A stretch of DNA of 64,000 bases, taken from the NCBI GenBank assembly GCA_965203295.1, contig CBDBCZ010000017.1, forward strand, positions 2,208,001-2,272,000. Direction: 5' to 3'. Shown one piece after another: positions 48,601 through 64,000 of the stretch (the first letter of the stretch is position 1; the number at the start of each line of letters is the position of its first letter). Origin of the DNA: Nitrospirales bacterium (GTDB lineage Bacteria > Nitrospirota > Nitrospiria > Nitrospirales > UBA8639). The position numbers and the translations under genes are program-made. The notes under the pieces are model-generated. The model had not been told where the DNA came from. It worked only from the letters and a program-made list of their open reading frames with translations, and made no database searches.

Positions 48601-49040
48601 GTAAGTGACATACAATCATTGTAATATGAGCATATCTCAGACTGGATATTGCATACTGAGTCATGTACAATGCAAGCAGAACGTTAATAGACGGATGCTC
48701 AGATTTGGTGTGTACGTACATGTAGATTAAATGTGTGTGGCTTGCAGAACAAAAATTAATAACCAATATTAGGGAATTTTTCGGCCTTTTACAAGTCTGA
48801 TTCAGAATAAGCATATCTTCTTTAGCCTAATTGTGTTTCCGAGAGTTTCTTGTACCCATGCAAGTGTTACTAGTGTTGTCCCAGTAGATCAAAGGCATTA
48901 GTGTGCTGGACAAAAGTGTTGTCACTGTTACATGTACATGCAAACATTCTCAAAACTGCCTACCCAAACCTTAACTCAAAGCCGCTTTCCTAATGTCGAG
49001 AATAGCAGTTTGGAATCTACGTATTTAGCTAGTAGCATCT

Positions 49041-49108
49041 TAGTCTATCGAGCTAGACCATCCTCTATGCTTAGCTAAGCGCAGAGGAGGGTCTAGCTCG
49101 ATAGACTA
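49041..49108. mobile_element. 68-bp palindromic mini-element with 9-bp TSD (copy at ~62174-62241)
   Basis: gtagcatct|tagtctatcgagctagacc...ggtctagctcgatagacta|gtagcatct. Confidence 0.85.
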
Positions 49109-52100
49109 GTAGCATCTAAAAAGATACTTGGCTGCTCTTCTAAAACGTGTAATGAAGCAGTAAGGGAATATGGGGTTTAAGTTGAGGTCTGGTACTAATG
49201 GTCTGAATGAAGAGTTAGGAAGATAAAAATGATGATAGGCAGTGTTGGTTATGTGGGAAAGAATGTGAGAGTGTAGTTCACGTGCTCCGACCGGCAATTC
49301 ACAAGGACTGGGCACTCAATAGATTGAGTTTTTTTTTGGTTGAGTGGCTAGCCAGCCCTCTGTGATGGTATCAATAACGTCTGATCAAGTGGCTGGTGAA
49401 GTAGTGTCGACATGTTAATATCTACTTGTCTTTTATGGATTGTATAGAATGTTCACTTATGTTACAAAGATAATTTAATTCTATAACTAATGTAAGAAGA
49501 AAACTAGGAGAATAATATGGAGAATAGCAAAAATCTCAAGCCTGTTAGGCATTCCTTTTCTCATCAGGATATTCTCAGGATCATGAACAGCCCCAACATA
49601 GTAGTATACACGTATGTATGTATCTATGTCTGTTACCAAGATGAGCAGCACTAATCCCTTCATCTTGAAGCCCTCTAACTTGGTTGGCCATGATGCTAGT
49701 GTGTGTGTGTGGTGATGGCTGATACGTATACCTATTTTCCATTATGAAAGGAGAAAACAGGCTTTTACTCCCCCAATGGACTGGATGATCGGTGTGTTGT
49801 TGCCCTTGATCATAGTGTTTATCCACCACTGGGCCAAAGTGCTTTACTAGTGATCCTAGTAGTTTATGTATATGGACAATCTTCATTCTCACCTTACCTG
49901 CCACGCTAGAATTTTTCATCTGAAAGCAAGGATCTCTCCTGGCAGGCTGCTGGTGAATCACAGCTACACTAAATTGACACAGTATCCAGGACCATAGTCT
50001 GCTGATATGTGATACTTAGTCTACAATGAAAATGGCACTTCCCAAACAATTGAGTGCAACCTTGAGAATGGAATGTAGTGCATATGGGTGCACTCATTCC
50101 CTGGTTCAACTCCGCTGTTATTATTCACATACATGTAGTAAACACACATACATGTAGTAAACAGCACCTTTTGGCATTCTGTAAGCCACAGCAGCTGGGG
50201 TGGAGGCCAGGAACGGAGCTACGTAGGAATGTCCTTTTTTTTTAGTAGACAGTGTCAAAGTAGTGCAGGTATTTCCTCTTATATTAAGGGGAGAAAAGAG
50301 TGTAGGGATACACAGTCAAGGGGTTACTTTTTAGAGAGTGTAATCTTCTTCTAAACCCCTTCCCAATTACCTGCCTGCAATAGCCAAATACTACATGTAA
50401 TAGTAAGTCCTGTGTACCATTCCCAGACCAGTAGTTCTTATATCTCGTGTGCCCAGACCTACTAATTATAATCACAAGTGCTACGGATACAAACCTGCTG
50501 TCTATGAGCTTCATCCACATGTAGTTGTGATTAGCAATCTGCCACATTTGAATATATTTATTGCTGTATATTTAACCTATAGAAGAACTCAGTTTTAGAG
50601 TGATTGTTGTAAGCAATGCAGGAGATATATCAAAAGCAATTAGAGGAAATGAAGATACAACTGGAGCATGAAAAGGACGTTTCTCTGGAGGAAGAAAAGA
50701 GAAATACAGCTACTGTGATGGAGGAGCTGGAACAAGTAAAACAGGTACAACACAGCTCGTAGTATGTGCAGACAAACACCGGCCTGCACTACTGCATATT
50801 AACCTGGAGTGCATGACCTCTCCCAATATCATTATACAAGGCAAGAACGTTCGTGAAGTAAGTAGTTTAGACTGTACATAGTTATGTATGCAATTTTCCT
50901 AGTAGCTGTCTACTACTGCAGCTATTTATCCCAATATTTAGTGAAGATTAATACTGCATTTCACTTCCAGGATAAGGAAGAAATGGAATTGGAATGTGAG
51001 GAGAGGAAGGCTCTTCAACTGAAGCTGGTAAGCCACATCTACCTTTGAGTATATCACTTCTGTCTCAGTACTGACTGCAATCAGCACAACTGTGCAACTT
51101 GTAGTGTGTACCATTCTTTACTTAAAAGGCTTCTTCATTAAGACTAGGTGTTTGGAGCTAGTAACTTTGAAATAGAATTAATGCTAACTAGAGGTCTTCA
51201 AGAAGACATACCCCGCGCTGAATACTGAGACATAGGGCTAGCTGTGAATTACAGTCAATATTCCAATGGTTTTACAGTAGTGTCTGCACGTAGCTACGTT
51301 ATTATGCACTACTAATTCAGTGTCCAGAGTGTCTGGAACTACATGTACGTGTACTACAGCTTCTGTTATCTTGTTCACTATGTAATGTCAGTAATGACAG
51401 GACTCTTCAACGACAATGAGCATATGTACATGCCGCAAGATACAGAGTGATAGACGCAAACAGTTACGTACTTGTAGAAGCTGTGGGCATATATCTATTC
51501 TCATTGATGGGTCGACACTTAATTACGTGTCTATGATAATTATAATAATAGTGCGCATGTTCTTTGACCTGTCCCTAGTGGTACAGACATGCGGAAGTTG
51601 GCGAGAGTAACTGAAGTTTGAGGTTTATCACAAGCTGTATTGCTTTGGAGAGACACTCAAGATCTGGTGTATGATTTAACCTTCCGTCTCAGTCTATGAA
51701 ACTGGCCTCCGATAGTCACTTGGTCTTGTCACGAGACTAGTCCTCTAAACGATTGATGTCCCAATAACACAATCACATATTTGGATCTGCCCAGCAAGCT
51801 ATAGGTGTGTCCCATTGCTGTATTAGCCAATACTGATAATCAGAAAAAATAAAAGCTACAGAAAATAGAATTACTTTGTGCTTTACCAGATTATATACAA
51901 GCTAAAGTATGATGAATTTATTAAGTTAATTCATGCTTTGAAATCATATACATGTAGCCTCTAAATCGCATATCATGAAGATATTTTAATATTTTTATGT
52001 CATTGCTTAACCCCCACTTGTGCATGTTTGGCGCAGGGTATTATTATTTCCATACATGACAGGGTATATAAGCTTGCACATTATGCATCCTGGACTTACA

Positions 52101-53439
52101 TTTATTTCAAAGCTGCGTAATAGACACCCACTCTGACTAAATGTTACATAATACGTAATATATCACCTGACAATACCATTTTTTTGTGCTACAGTGCACT
52201 TTTACGTGTACGTACTAAGGGCACTTATTAACCAACCAAGTGTTTCCACACAGGAGAATCTGGAGGAAAGTCTGAGAGAACTTGCAGTGAGCAAATCAGA
52301 AGCTCTTGACGTTGCTGAGATGCAAAAGATTACATTAAAAGAAAAATTGCTTGCGGAAATCGCTTGCTATGAGGTAAGCAGTGTACCGGTATCATGTATG
52401 TGTACTTGTAGAGTGAATAGAAAAGGTGTGCAATGTCCAATCTAACTGCACAATTTAACAACTGATTGGAAAACAGAGTTGTTGCTGGTGGCAGCTGTTG
52501 GTTGACACGGGTCAAAATCATGGACCGTATCTTTCCATTGGTAAAGTCATGTACATACATACTTTTTCATATTGTGGTCTGGATGTTCTACATGTGCAGG
52601 AACAGTCTGACCAGTATGCAGTCACTATAGCTACAATGGAAGAAAAGCTACTGACCCTAATGAAGAAGTCCCAACTGTTAGAAAAGAAGAATGAGAGCCT
52701 GTAACAGCAAATGGCTTTGCATCAGCAAGAAGCCAGTAATTCAGAAAAGAGAGGCACTGCTACATGTACAGGTAATAATGAATGTGTACATATCTATGGG
52801 TACCAATACAGACATTCATTGCAGTATGGATACTTGAATCTAACGCTCCATTTTGCGTTCATGATCATGGACCATTGATCCTTGCACATGTGTAGGTATG
52901 TTCATAGAGCGCACTGCCCAGAGTTGTGACCATAGGCAAACATTCTGTTTTCAACTTGGGTCATTTGTGGTGCACGTACGCGTAGCTTGCTATGCATGTT
53001 TTAATTGAATGCGTGAAAAATCTCCCGATACAACAATACATGTACATGTAATAAAGGCCTAACTAGTTCCACTACTTTAGCTAGGTAGCTCAGAGTGGGT
53101 TATGAGGTGACCATGGATCTGAGTCCAGATAACATGTGCATGTACAGAGGGGAGTGGGGGTTTACAAGAAATTATTTCGAAATTCTCTTGCATGGGGGCA
53201 TACTCGCCCGTATGAAAGCCTTTTGTGTGTGTGTGTGTGCGTCTAATATCACAATTTGCTATTCATTCTTCATCAGTAGCAATCAGCTGCTGTCTCCTTG
53301 TTCTTGCGCAGGAGTGTCTTTTGCAGTTCCAGGAAATTGTCCAGCAGTTTTCTCAGCAGGGATTGATCTGCAAAGTAAAATGAAATGCACACCTCCAATT
53401 ACCATTCTCATATACATTAAACAGGCTGTGACATACTCA

Positions 53440-53785
<346 letters not shown>

Positions 53786-56051
53786 AATCACAATTTTCGT
53801 TTGAAAAATCACAATTTTCGTTAAATAGAAGAAAATATAAGTTAAATATCACGGTTATACTTAAATACTTGCAGCAGTGCATGCTATTATGTAGATGTGT
53901 GGTATATTGTCAAATCAGTGTGACCATAGTGCCTTCAACTGACGTGATCTTCATTAGCTCCCAGCATTAAAAAGCCAAACTTGTCAACATGTTGAATACA
54001 ATTTTATGTACACATCATCAGCTTAATCGCAACAGTTTATTTTGCTTGTAAAACTGTGTTTGAAGTGTTCCTGTGAAAAAAGCATCCCTGTTTTTAGTGT
54101 TCCCTGGATGGGTATCAGTGATGGGGCCAGAGTGTGGGTGGGGCTTTACCAGATGAAGATATTTTGCATTCTAGCTACAAATGTTAAATTTATGCATTAT
54201 TAAGCAGAGGGCATGGTGTATATTTGTTCCGTGCAATCTAGGAATTTGCGTAATCTCGAGATTGTGTTGCGCACTCTCGGAATCCTTAAATTGCGTTCCA
54301 AGCTACTCAAGATTTAGAATGGACACATTTATGCTCCTAGTGCATGCTTGTGCAGTTCATGCAATTTCCAGTTGGGTTAGACTACTGTGGTTCTCTTTAA
54401 TTGATGATGTGGGGATATCAACTTTGGCTACCACATTTGGGTTTTGATGGCTCCAGATTGCATGCAAATTAACATTTCTGGGGGAGTATACGTATGGCTG
54501 AGACTGCCAATGCATGCATGCATCGATCGTTGCCCCGACCCCACAACAGCACAGCCACCCCCTACAAAGAACACGTAATCCTGGGGTGTAGTACTGACCT
54601 TCATCTGTGAGCTCTGTACATATACATGCACCTAGACGAGCCCATGCTTATGAACAGCTCTGGTATGTGTACCTGAGAAAGTATAGCGGCCTGACAAAAC
54701 TATTGGTGACTCTATATAAGTCGAAGAGACAAACAATTTGGAACAGGTTCTCACATTAGCACACTAACTAAATCCCTACTGTTGGGTTTAGCAATCACTT
54801 CTTCTTGTAAATGGGACTGCTGGACAGAGACAGACACAGACAGACAGATAGACGGACAGACCCAATTGCTTAACCCTGCCACACGCATGTGGGGTAATGA
54901 CCCTTCTCCACCCAGTTAAGCTGTATTGATCACAAAACGCTGCATCACTTGAGGTTATTGCACTGCTTTCGATTGAGTATAAAGCAGCTACATGTAGTTG
55001 AAGATCTTCTAAAAACACCAACTACATGTACATTGAATATGCCTGTATGTCTTTGATGAGTATTTCCTTCACTAAGTACTCAGATAAGTACTGAGTGACT
55101 GATTTTTCATTCCAAACAGAATGTCCATTACAGGGTTCATTGCATCCTGTCACCATAACCCAGCATCTCAATGACCAAATTACAGAGTCGTCACTCATAG
55201 ATTAGGCAAACAGTCCAGTATTCAGTGAGCCTGATTCCTCCTCAAGATTGTATTAGCTTGTTGGTGCATGTTTGACAATGTACGTATTATACTTGAGTGA
55301 GCACACTGGCAAGGTTCCCTTTCAGCTGAGTGGGTGGGTTACAATTTACAAACTGTGCGGGGTCCTATGCTCAAGCGCTTACACCCTTTGTATGGTATGT
55401 TATACTTTTCATGTGGGTATCCAACTGAATGAAAGCCACTGAAATGTCACTGCAACTATGAATTTGTCTAGTGGTTCATGCGCTTCTGACGTCGAGAAAG
55501 ATTCCTGAGAAAGATTCCTGCATCGATGTACCACATACAGCATTATTTAGCAACACTACATGGTACTGTAGCAGATGTGAGTAGTATATTTGCAGATATT
55601 CAGTTAAATTGCTAACTAATTAAAGGTTTACCTAGAGATACGTACACGCAGTATAATGCCTCGCGCACGAGCATTCAGTAGGTGTGGTTTGGTAGCACGT
55701 GTTTACAATGTGTGAGAATTTGACAGAGAGAAAGGAGAGGTAGCTAAACGTGCATGAGAATTCGGCGAGTTCATCCTTCTCCAAAGGTGGAAATTAACGC
55801 GGTGGTTTCTCCAGCGAAAAAGAGCAACTGTTGTTAGCTAAAAAGCGCACGCACCTCTGGTCTTTTAGCTTCGATTTTGTATGCCGCTCGTTGCTTTCTT
55901 TTGCGTAGTGTAGCAAGATGCCTAGCCCTTTTCCCACTCGTCTCGCCAACGTTGTCGGACTCCGTGACTCGACTTTAGCCGACGCAACACGCCGGCCACG
56001 CCATGCGCAGCACGCAGTATAATTGCATTCCTAAGCGTGACACATGCATTT

Positions 56052-56662
56052 ATAATATGTTCCGCACGAACCAGGAATTCTAGAATCGCGCAATGCAAAC
56101 TAGAAATCCATACTTTGCCGCGCAATCCCAGGATTGCGCAGCCAATTCCACTTTTGAGCACATGTGATATTGACACTTCTTTAGCAAGCTATAAAAATGC
56201 CACGCTCGGTCAGTAATGCAGCGTCTCTGTGGCTTGCAAGCCATCAGTTTCATTCATCCGTCTTTATTGCAAACTGTAGATTGCCAGAATAATTTGACAA
56301 TGTAATAGTTGTGACAAATGGTTTCATTACAAATTTAATGTGTTGGTTTTAACATATATAATAGCAGACTATCAATAGTTGGCGATTGGTTTTGTAACCA
56401 CTGCCAGTAGTTTTTACTTTCAGCACTTGACTCTTTGTTTATCCCTTTGCTGTCTATACTTTGACGTTTCATGCACTTCATATCAAAATTCGAACTTTGT
56501 ACGAACGAATTTAGTCTACGCAATGCAGGGTTTGCGCAACGTATTCCAACTTTGCGCGAAAAACTGGGCAATGCTGGGATTGCGTGCCAAAGTACGGATT
56601 CCTACTTTGCGCAGCGCAATCCTAAGTTTGCGCAACTTCCTGGTTTGCACGGAACGTATATA
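56052..56662. mobile_element. Degenerate element with long imperfect inverted ends (related fragment at 54220-54300)
   Basis: atatgttccgcacgaaccagga...gcgcaatcccag versus ctgggattgcg...tcctggtttgcacggaacgtatat. Confidence 0.6.
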
Positions 56663-57810
56663 TTATACAAACGCTTGCTGAGATGCGTTACAGGATTAGT
56701 TTCCTCGCGCTAAGGCGCTCGGCAATAATAACTATGCCATACTACATCCAAAGGGACCAAAATTGGGCCAATTCTGCTGGAAGATGTAGCTGGGGGGGTG
56801 GGTCAATTTTCCAATGGTCCTGGGACCATTTCTTCCAGGACCAAGATGCCAGACACATCTGGATTTTGTTGGAACTATATTATATAGGAAACCAGTTAGC
56901 CGCTATAAATTTCTAACTACATGTATTATATATTTCAGAGGGGGATCAGTGTGCAACTTGCTGTGTGCGTATAGATTTCTCTAACGTACAGCTTTACCTG
57001 TTAAGCTTCAGTCATACCATAGCCAACTCTTGTATCATTAGTTGCCTCCTTTCAAACAATTCACAGCAGACAAGTACAAGCTAACTGTATAAATATGATT
57101 CTGCTATTGCAGGTCAATGTAACTTCATTGATGTTTTTCAACTACCATGACCACAGATGGAGATAAGGAGCCTCACAGCAGCAGTGCTTCATCCTGCAGC
57201 TCCATGCAGAAGCAGTATCCCTATGACACAGGTGTCAATTTTTTAAGAAGTACAGTTTTGTTCAATATGCATGTATGCACAGTGTGTATTACATGAACAT
57301 CGCAAACTCTTCAGCTTTCAGCTGAGCTACTTGCTATGTACGTGTACAGGTAGATGTAGCTGTAGACATGTCCATGTACATGTCAATTCTATACTGGAGG
57401 ATGAATTAATTGCGAGAGTTTGTCACAGGAACGTGTATGTAGTGTGTAAACACTGTGCAAGTCAGACCACCTGTAAAGATATGGACAGGATCTCCAAATT
57501 GTGTGCAACTGCTAGCAACATTACAATATTGCCAGAGTAGTGACTCTTGAGTGGTCAGCTAGCATAGAGTGATAAGTGTGGCTAGGCCTTAGTGTGAGAT
57601 CATTATGGAGTATGTTGCAGAGCAGACCTGCACATCTGAACACTTTATTAGACCCCATCAGTTATCACTGTTTTTGGCTTTACTTTACTTTGGCTGTCTA
57701 TAACACGACTACTGCTAACACATACCAGTGACTATCACCTTTTAACAAAATCCATAGTCACAGTCTGTTACGCATGCATACGTATTGGCAACTGCCGTCA
57801 GCCAGTGATA

Positions 57811-60800
57811 TGTATTTTTTAGATGCAGTTGCTAGCAGAGAAGCAGCCTCAAGCAACGTATCTCCTTCTTCTTTTTCGTTTAGCCCATTTCAATACAACT
57901 GTATCAGATCCCAGTTCTCCACACCAAGGAAGGAATAGGCACGGCAGGTTCGATTTGTTGGAATGTAAGTCTGCACTATTGGTTTCATTTGAGTCGGACA
58001 TTCAATACCGTTATTCTAGATCTGTGGTACATAAATTATTGGAAAGCAGAGCAAAAATATTGTAGAGACTGTGTATAGCTCTGAACTAACCCTGTCAAGG
58101 CTGCATGGGCATCATGCATATGAAACACACACACACATTTTTCATCTTTAGCTTGTAATAGACTTTACTAGTTTGGGTTACTCTCTGCTGCATACTAATC
58201 GTGGCATGTTTAACTGTTCATGTTACATGTAGTTGTGGTGCTTTCACAGTTAGTTTCAAAGTAATGTATACAATGTTTTGCATACGTAGCTATGTTTCTA
58301 TGGAGGAGCACCTGGAATTATGTGAAAATCTTTTGCAAGAAATGATATCTGGTGTAGAAATGCTGAAGAAACAGGTCTGTATCACTTCAGACTGCCAGTA
58401 TAAGCCTGTATGTATGTATGTAACTACGTACATGTATGTATGTTAATTACACATTTGGTCAACAGCATGGGCAGGTGCATGTTGAAACTTACTTTCATAC
58501 AAAGCATGTGGCATACTACGTTCTACTGTAGACCACACGTTTATCCAGAAAGGAGCGTCTGTGTCTACAGTACCATTCATACACTGCTATACATGCAGTA
58601 TGTTAGAGCAAGTATGACTGTCTCATATTATGTCTACACTGCTGTACATGCAGCATGTATGACTATCACGTGATGTGGCTCAGCTTTAATGTGAAACGTG
58701 CTATGCAACATGCTTCCTTGGCAGTATTCTATTACCATAAGAGTGTATGGAACTTGCGAATTGTTATCCTGCTGACACTGAGAGCCAACTGCAGTCTGCT
58801 ACTAGCCGTAGCTCTTCACTCCGGAAAGAGCTGATGGGCAAGGATGCCACTGTGACTTCACTGACTCAGGAAAACCGGAGATTACAGGAGGAGAGCAAAC
58901 TTTCTTCAAGGCGCTCCTCTCAACTGAAACAAGAGTGTAGAGAAAGACGTACATCTTATTAATGCCTCCCTTCAAAAGCAGGTCAACATCATGTGCACTG
59001 TATACATATGTGTGTCATGTACATAACATTGGGTATGGTGATTCTGTGCACATACAGCTCTTGTATGCATGTACGTCTATGTTTGCACTGGGGCAATGTA
59101 CATGTTCACACCTTCCGGATTTTAAAGGTATTGTTAACTTGAAGGCCTGGTACTCGGGCAAAAACCCGGGACTATTTATGGCTACATGGCTGTTTTGTAG
59201 GTTTATCGTTCATGTATGTAACACTGTCAAGCTCTCATCTTCTCATTAGGTTGACAGCTTAAATCACAAGATTTTTTAGAAGACCAAGTTTCTGAAGCAA
59301 AAGAGAGAGAGAGTAACCGTACTTGTTAATGTGAAACATAAAGGTATACATGCGAATATCCTTTTGTAAAATACTCTAATGTACTAGGCCGGGTTACGTA
59401 TATCATATAACATTGATCGGTCGTTGGATAACAGTATGAATATGTACTCACCAACTGCTTTCAGGCTATGTTTGTCCATTACGAGGTGAGAAACATGTTG
59501 ACCTCCAGTGATAATAGAATGAAGAAATATACTGTATGACAGCTTTTTAATCTCATGAATCACTACTGAGAGCCACAGTCATGCCCATTGCTACATGGTG
59601 TGAGATTATATCGCAGGCTGGCTGCTTGAGAATAACTTGTTTATGCTATGCATATGTCATTGTGTATGGGTGCCGGTGTTATGTATACTCCTGTCGCGTG
59701 TGTATGCCTCTTCTGCATACATATGTCCACTTTATGTGAGCAGCTGGTTACCCTAGCCTCCAACGGGCTGTCTCAGAGCACTGACATCAGCCCTGAAACA
59801 GCTACTAGTGCTGTGACAACACTGGTGGAGGAGAACACACATCTGAAAGAGGACATTGAAAGAGTGACTCAACAACTACAGCAGGTTTGACTCTTGCCAC
59901 ATAGAGTTGTGTTTCTTAATGCTACTCCAGTAATCTACATTTCCATACACCATGTACGCAGAAAAACAGTGTACATATTTATTGTATACATATATACCTA
60001 CGTCATTCATTCATTACTGGAGCACTGTGTTCTGCAAAAAATCAGTAACACACTGTATAAGTGTATAAGTACGGCAAAGAAGCAGAGGTGCAGGTGTATA
60101 CGCAGGAAATATGGTTAAGAATCATTGCTGTTGTTGCTGGTGGTAATAGAAATACTCTCTGCATAAACAAACTGATTCATGTAGCATCAGCGAACAAACT
60201 TTGGGAAGTAAAGGTTCCATAGCCTGCTGTATATATATTGAGATCTACGACTGAAATATTCCTTAATCTTTAGTATAATATACACTCCAGGCCCTATGTT
60301 ATGGCAGAACTATAATTATAGTAACTACGTATACAGGTACGTATGTATTTTAGTTACTGCATATATGTACATGTACGTTTAATGTGTTTATTGCCACTTC
60401 CTGTATTTCATACAGCTGCAAGACAGTCATTCTGCTGTGTGTTCTGGAGTTCATAGTGTTGTTGAGTGCTTTCTGGGAATGAAGGTGAGGCACTTCATTG
60501 TAGTAGTAACTTGCAAGTAAAAAGTTTTTAATAATATATGGTTAAACAGAAGATCTGGTATTTTGCTAGCCAAGGGCACATTTATGAACCCAGAAAAAGT
60601 GTCAACTTTTTCTGATTCTATATTAGTACCCAAAAATCCATATACATTCACATTGAACTATATTGGAGAAAACCTTGCCTGGTTAAGAGCCGGCTAGCTA
60701 GCTTGTAAAGTAATTAAAAGTGTGTGAATGGTGAGATTTCTATATGATAGATACGTTTCTACCATACACATATTCAGTTTGTTTAAAGCAGGAGATTATT

Positions 60801-63800
60801 CAACCTAATTAAGGGCCTCTAATTTTATAGTGGTTTCATGGTATAAACAGTTTATTTTACTGCTTCTAATTCTCTACCTTGAACATACCTACATATTTCC
60901 ATAGAGTATACATGTATGAGCATACATATATGCCCACTCCTATTCACAGCCTACGTAATCGAAAATTTCTGCCCTACAATTTTTTTAAAGGCAATAATGT
61001 TAAACTATGTCCTGTCAAGATGACATCTTTCTATAGGCATTCTTATTGTTACAAGTATCACATGTGCTCACATCTAAAGACCACATGCACCGTAACATAC
61101 CCCACAATTAACCCCACAATTAACTGACAATTGGGGTTTGGCAACGTACTGGAGATGGGTTTGGCTCTGTTATTGACTGAAGGTTAGAATCGTAAATTCC
61201 ACCAGTTTTAAACAAATTTTGAGTGACACATGAAATTTTTCATGTTTTCATGTATCAAACGAAAAGAACAGCTGGATACTAAATGTATTGTTCCCAGGCC
61301 AAAATACACATACACACATACACATGAGCTACATATATATGTAACTGACGTTCTATGTTGCAACACAACATGAGAGTAGGTGCTACATACTACATGTAGC
61401 CTCGTTCCTAGGCTCTACTTCCCAGCTTTTGTTTTCGCACGTAATAATTATTTTACTATGTGCGAAAAAAAAACTGGGAAATAAGTAGATATGGTTGTCG
61501 AGAATGCATCAAAAGTGCAGAAACTGGAATGAATGCGCCTATATTATACCCATAGTAATCCTGGTCATGCCAGTTAAGTCACAACAGTTGTGAATATGTA
61601 AGTATACTTCTACAGGTTGTCTCTTATTGAAATAGAGCACAGTGAAGCCCTCTCTGGGGCTGTGGCTGCAATGAAACAGGATGAAGAGCAGAGGCTACTA
61701 AAGGTTGTAGAGACGACTAAACAGGAGAAGCAAGTAAGTGACATACAATCATTGTAATATGAGCATATCTCAGACTGGATATTGCATGCTGAGTCATGTA
61801 CAATGCAAGCAGAACGTTAATAGACGGATGCTCAGATTTGGTGTGTACATACATGTAGATTAAATGTGTGTGGCTTGCAGAACAAAAATTAATAACCAAT
61901 ATTAGGGAATTTTTCGGCCTTTTACAAGTCTGATTCAGAATAAGCATATCTTCTTTAGCCTAATTGTGTTTCCGAGAGTTTCTTGTACCCATGCAAGTGT
62001 TACTAGTGTTGTCCCAGTAGATCAAAGGCATTAGTGTGCTGGACAAAAGTGTTGTAACTGTTACATGTACATGCAAACATTCTCCAAACTGTCTACCTAA
62101 ACCTTAACTCAAAGCCGCTTTCCTAATGTCGAGAATAGCAGTTTGGAATCTACGTATTTAGCTAGTAGCATCTTAGTCTATCGAGCTAGACCCTCCTCTA
62201 TGCTTAGCTAAGCGCAGAGGAGGGTCTAGCTCGATAGACTAGTAGCATCTAAAAAATACTTGGCTGCTCTTCTGAAACTAATGAAGCAGTAAGGGAATAT
62301 GGGGTTTAAGTTGAGGTCTGGTACTAATGGTCTGAATGAAGAGATAGGAAGATAAAAATCATGATAGGCAGTGTTGGTTATGTGGGAAAGAATGTGAGAG
62401 TGTAGTTCACGTGCTCCGACCGGCAATTCACAAGGACTGGGCACTCAATAGATTGAGTTTTTTTTGGTTGAGTGGCTAGCCAGCCCTCTGTGATAGTATC
62501 AATAACGTCTGATCAAGTGGCTGGTGAAGTTGTGTCGACATGTTAATATCTTCTTGTTTTTTATGGATTGTATAGAATGTTCACTTATGTTACAAAGATA
62601 ATTTAATTCTATAACTAATGTAAGAAGAAAACTAGGAGAATAATATGGAGAATAGCAATAATCTCAAGCCTGTTAGGCATTCCTTTTCTCATCAGGATAT
62701 TCTCAGGATCATGAACAGCCCCAACATAGTAGTATACACGTATGTATGTATCTATGTCTGTTACCAAGATGAGCAGCACTAATCCCTTCATCTTGAAGCC
62801 CTCTAACTTGGCTGGCCATGATGCTAGTGTGTGTGTATGGTGATGGCTGATACGTATACCTATTTTCCATTATGAAAGGTGAAATTAAACAGGCTTTTAC
62901 TCCCCCAATGGACTGGATGATTGGTGTATTGTTGCCCTTGATCATAGTGTTTATCCACCACTGGGCCAAAGTGCTTTACTAGTGATCCTAGTAGTTATGT
63001 ATATGGACAATCTTCATTCTCACCTTACCTGCCACGCTAGAATTTTTCCATCTCAAAGCAAGGATCTCTCCTGGCAGGCTGCTGGTGAATCACAGCTACA
63101 CTAAATTGACACAGTATCCAGGACCATAGTCTGCTGATATGTGATACTTAGTCTACAATGAAAATGGCACTTCCCAAACAATTGAGTGCAACCTTGAGAA
63201 TGGAATGTAGTGCATATGGGTGCACTCATTCCCTGGTTCAACTCCGCTGTTTTTATTCACATACATGTAGTAAACAGCACCTTTTGGCATTCTGTAAGCC
63301 ACAGCAGCTGGGGTGGAGGCCAGGAACGAAGCTACGTAGAAATGTCCTTTTTTTAGCCGACAGTGTCAAAACAGTGCAGGTATTTCCTCTTATATTAAGA
63401 GGAGAAAAGAGTGTAGGGATACACAGTCAAGGGGTTACTTTTTAGAGAGTGTAATCTTCTTCTAAACCCCTTCCCAATTACCTGCCTGCAATAGCCAAAT
63501 ACTACATGTAATAGTAAGTCCTGTGTACCATTCCCAGACCAGTAGTTCTTATATCTCGTGTGCCCAGACCTACTAATTATAATCACAAGTGCTACGGATA
63601 CAAACCTGCTGTCTATGAGCTTCATCCACATGTAGTTGTGATTAGCAATCTGCCACATTTGAATATATTTATTGCTGTATAATTAACCTATAGAAGAACT
63701 CAGTTTTAGAGTGACTGTTGTATGCAATGCAGGAGATGTATCAAAAGCAATTAGAGGAAATGAAGATACAACTGGAGCATGACAAGGACGTTTCTCTGGA

Positions 63801-64000
63801 GGAAGAAAAGAGAAATACAGCTACTGTGATGGAGGAGCTGGAACAAGTAAAACAGGTACAACACAGCTCGTAGTATGTGCAGACAAACACCGGCCTGCAC
63901 TACTGCATATTAACCTGGAGTGCATGACCTCTCCCAATATCATTATACAAGGCAAGAACGTTCGTGAAGTAAGTAGTTTAGACTGTACATAGTTATATAT
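57811..64000 (+). pseudogene. Second copy of the coiled-coil gene remnant (segmental duplication, runs off the window)
   Basis: 57811-58005 matches 42424-42615; 58035-59178 matches 44030-45180; 59183-64000 matches 46066-50886. High identity with extra lesions. Confidence 0.85.

Larger units (their letters stand above)
42434..52771 (+). pseudogene. Coiled-coil gene remnant, FHAD1-like (copy 1)
   Basis: GT-AG exons at about 42981-43064, 43873-44014, 44289-44372, 44774-44983, 45957-46041, 46131-46223, 46625-46764, 48483-48600, 50623-50743, 50970-51026, 52254-52373, 52600-52771. EIACYEEQSDQYAVTIATMEEKL resembles FHAD1 (EYKEQIKQH..TIV.LEEKL). In-frame TAA at 52702 and a frameshift in the 46131 exon. 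Confidence 0.6.

Noticed and set aside
55640..56050. CpG-rich promoter-like patch
   Set aside because: No linked first exon could be supported; it may be transposon-derived.

Overview
Eukaryotic, intron-rich animal DNA. It is probably from a sponge, inferred from short GT-AG introns, a Calx-beta adhesion GPCR, the MITE families and abundant TACATGTA. No prokaryotic features, CRISPR arrays or rRNA were seen. On the minus strand is a multi-exon adhesion GPCR (LDLa x2, EGF-like, Calx-beta, GAIN/GPS, 7TM, Tyr-rich tail; 16332-7171) with several apparent lesions. The window also holds decayed, intron-bearing fragments of tectonic, ATR and a coiled-coil FHAD1-like gene (two copies in a segmental duplication). 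Mobile DNA includes a truncated Gypsy LTR element with a tRNA-Leu PBS, LINE fragments and many MITEs. The most striking item is a 1087-bp TA-flanked element with perfect 25-bp TIRs that has lost its transposase but keeps an intact intronless HIRAN-domain gene with an NLS-like tail; an inverted paralogous arm about 2 kb away preserves the empty insertion site. All exon models were read by eye and family assignments are from recalled motifs, not database searches.
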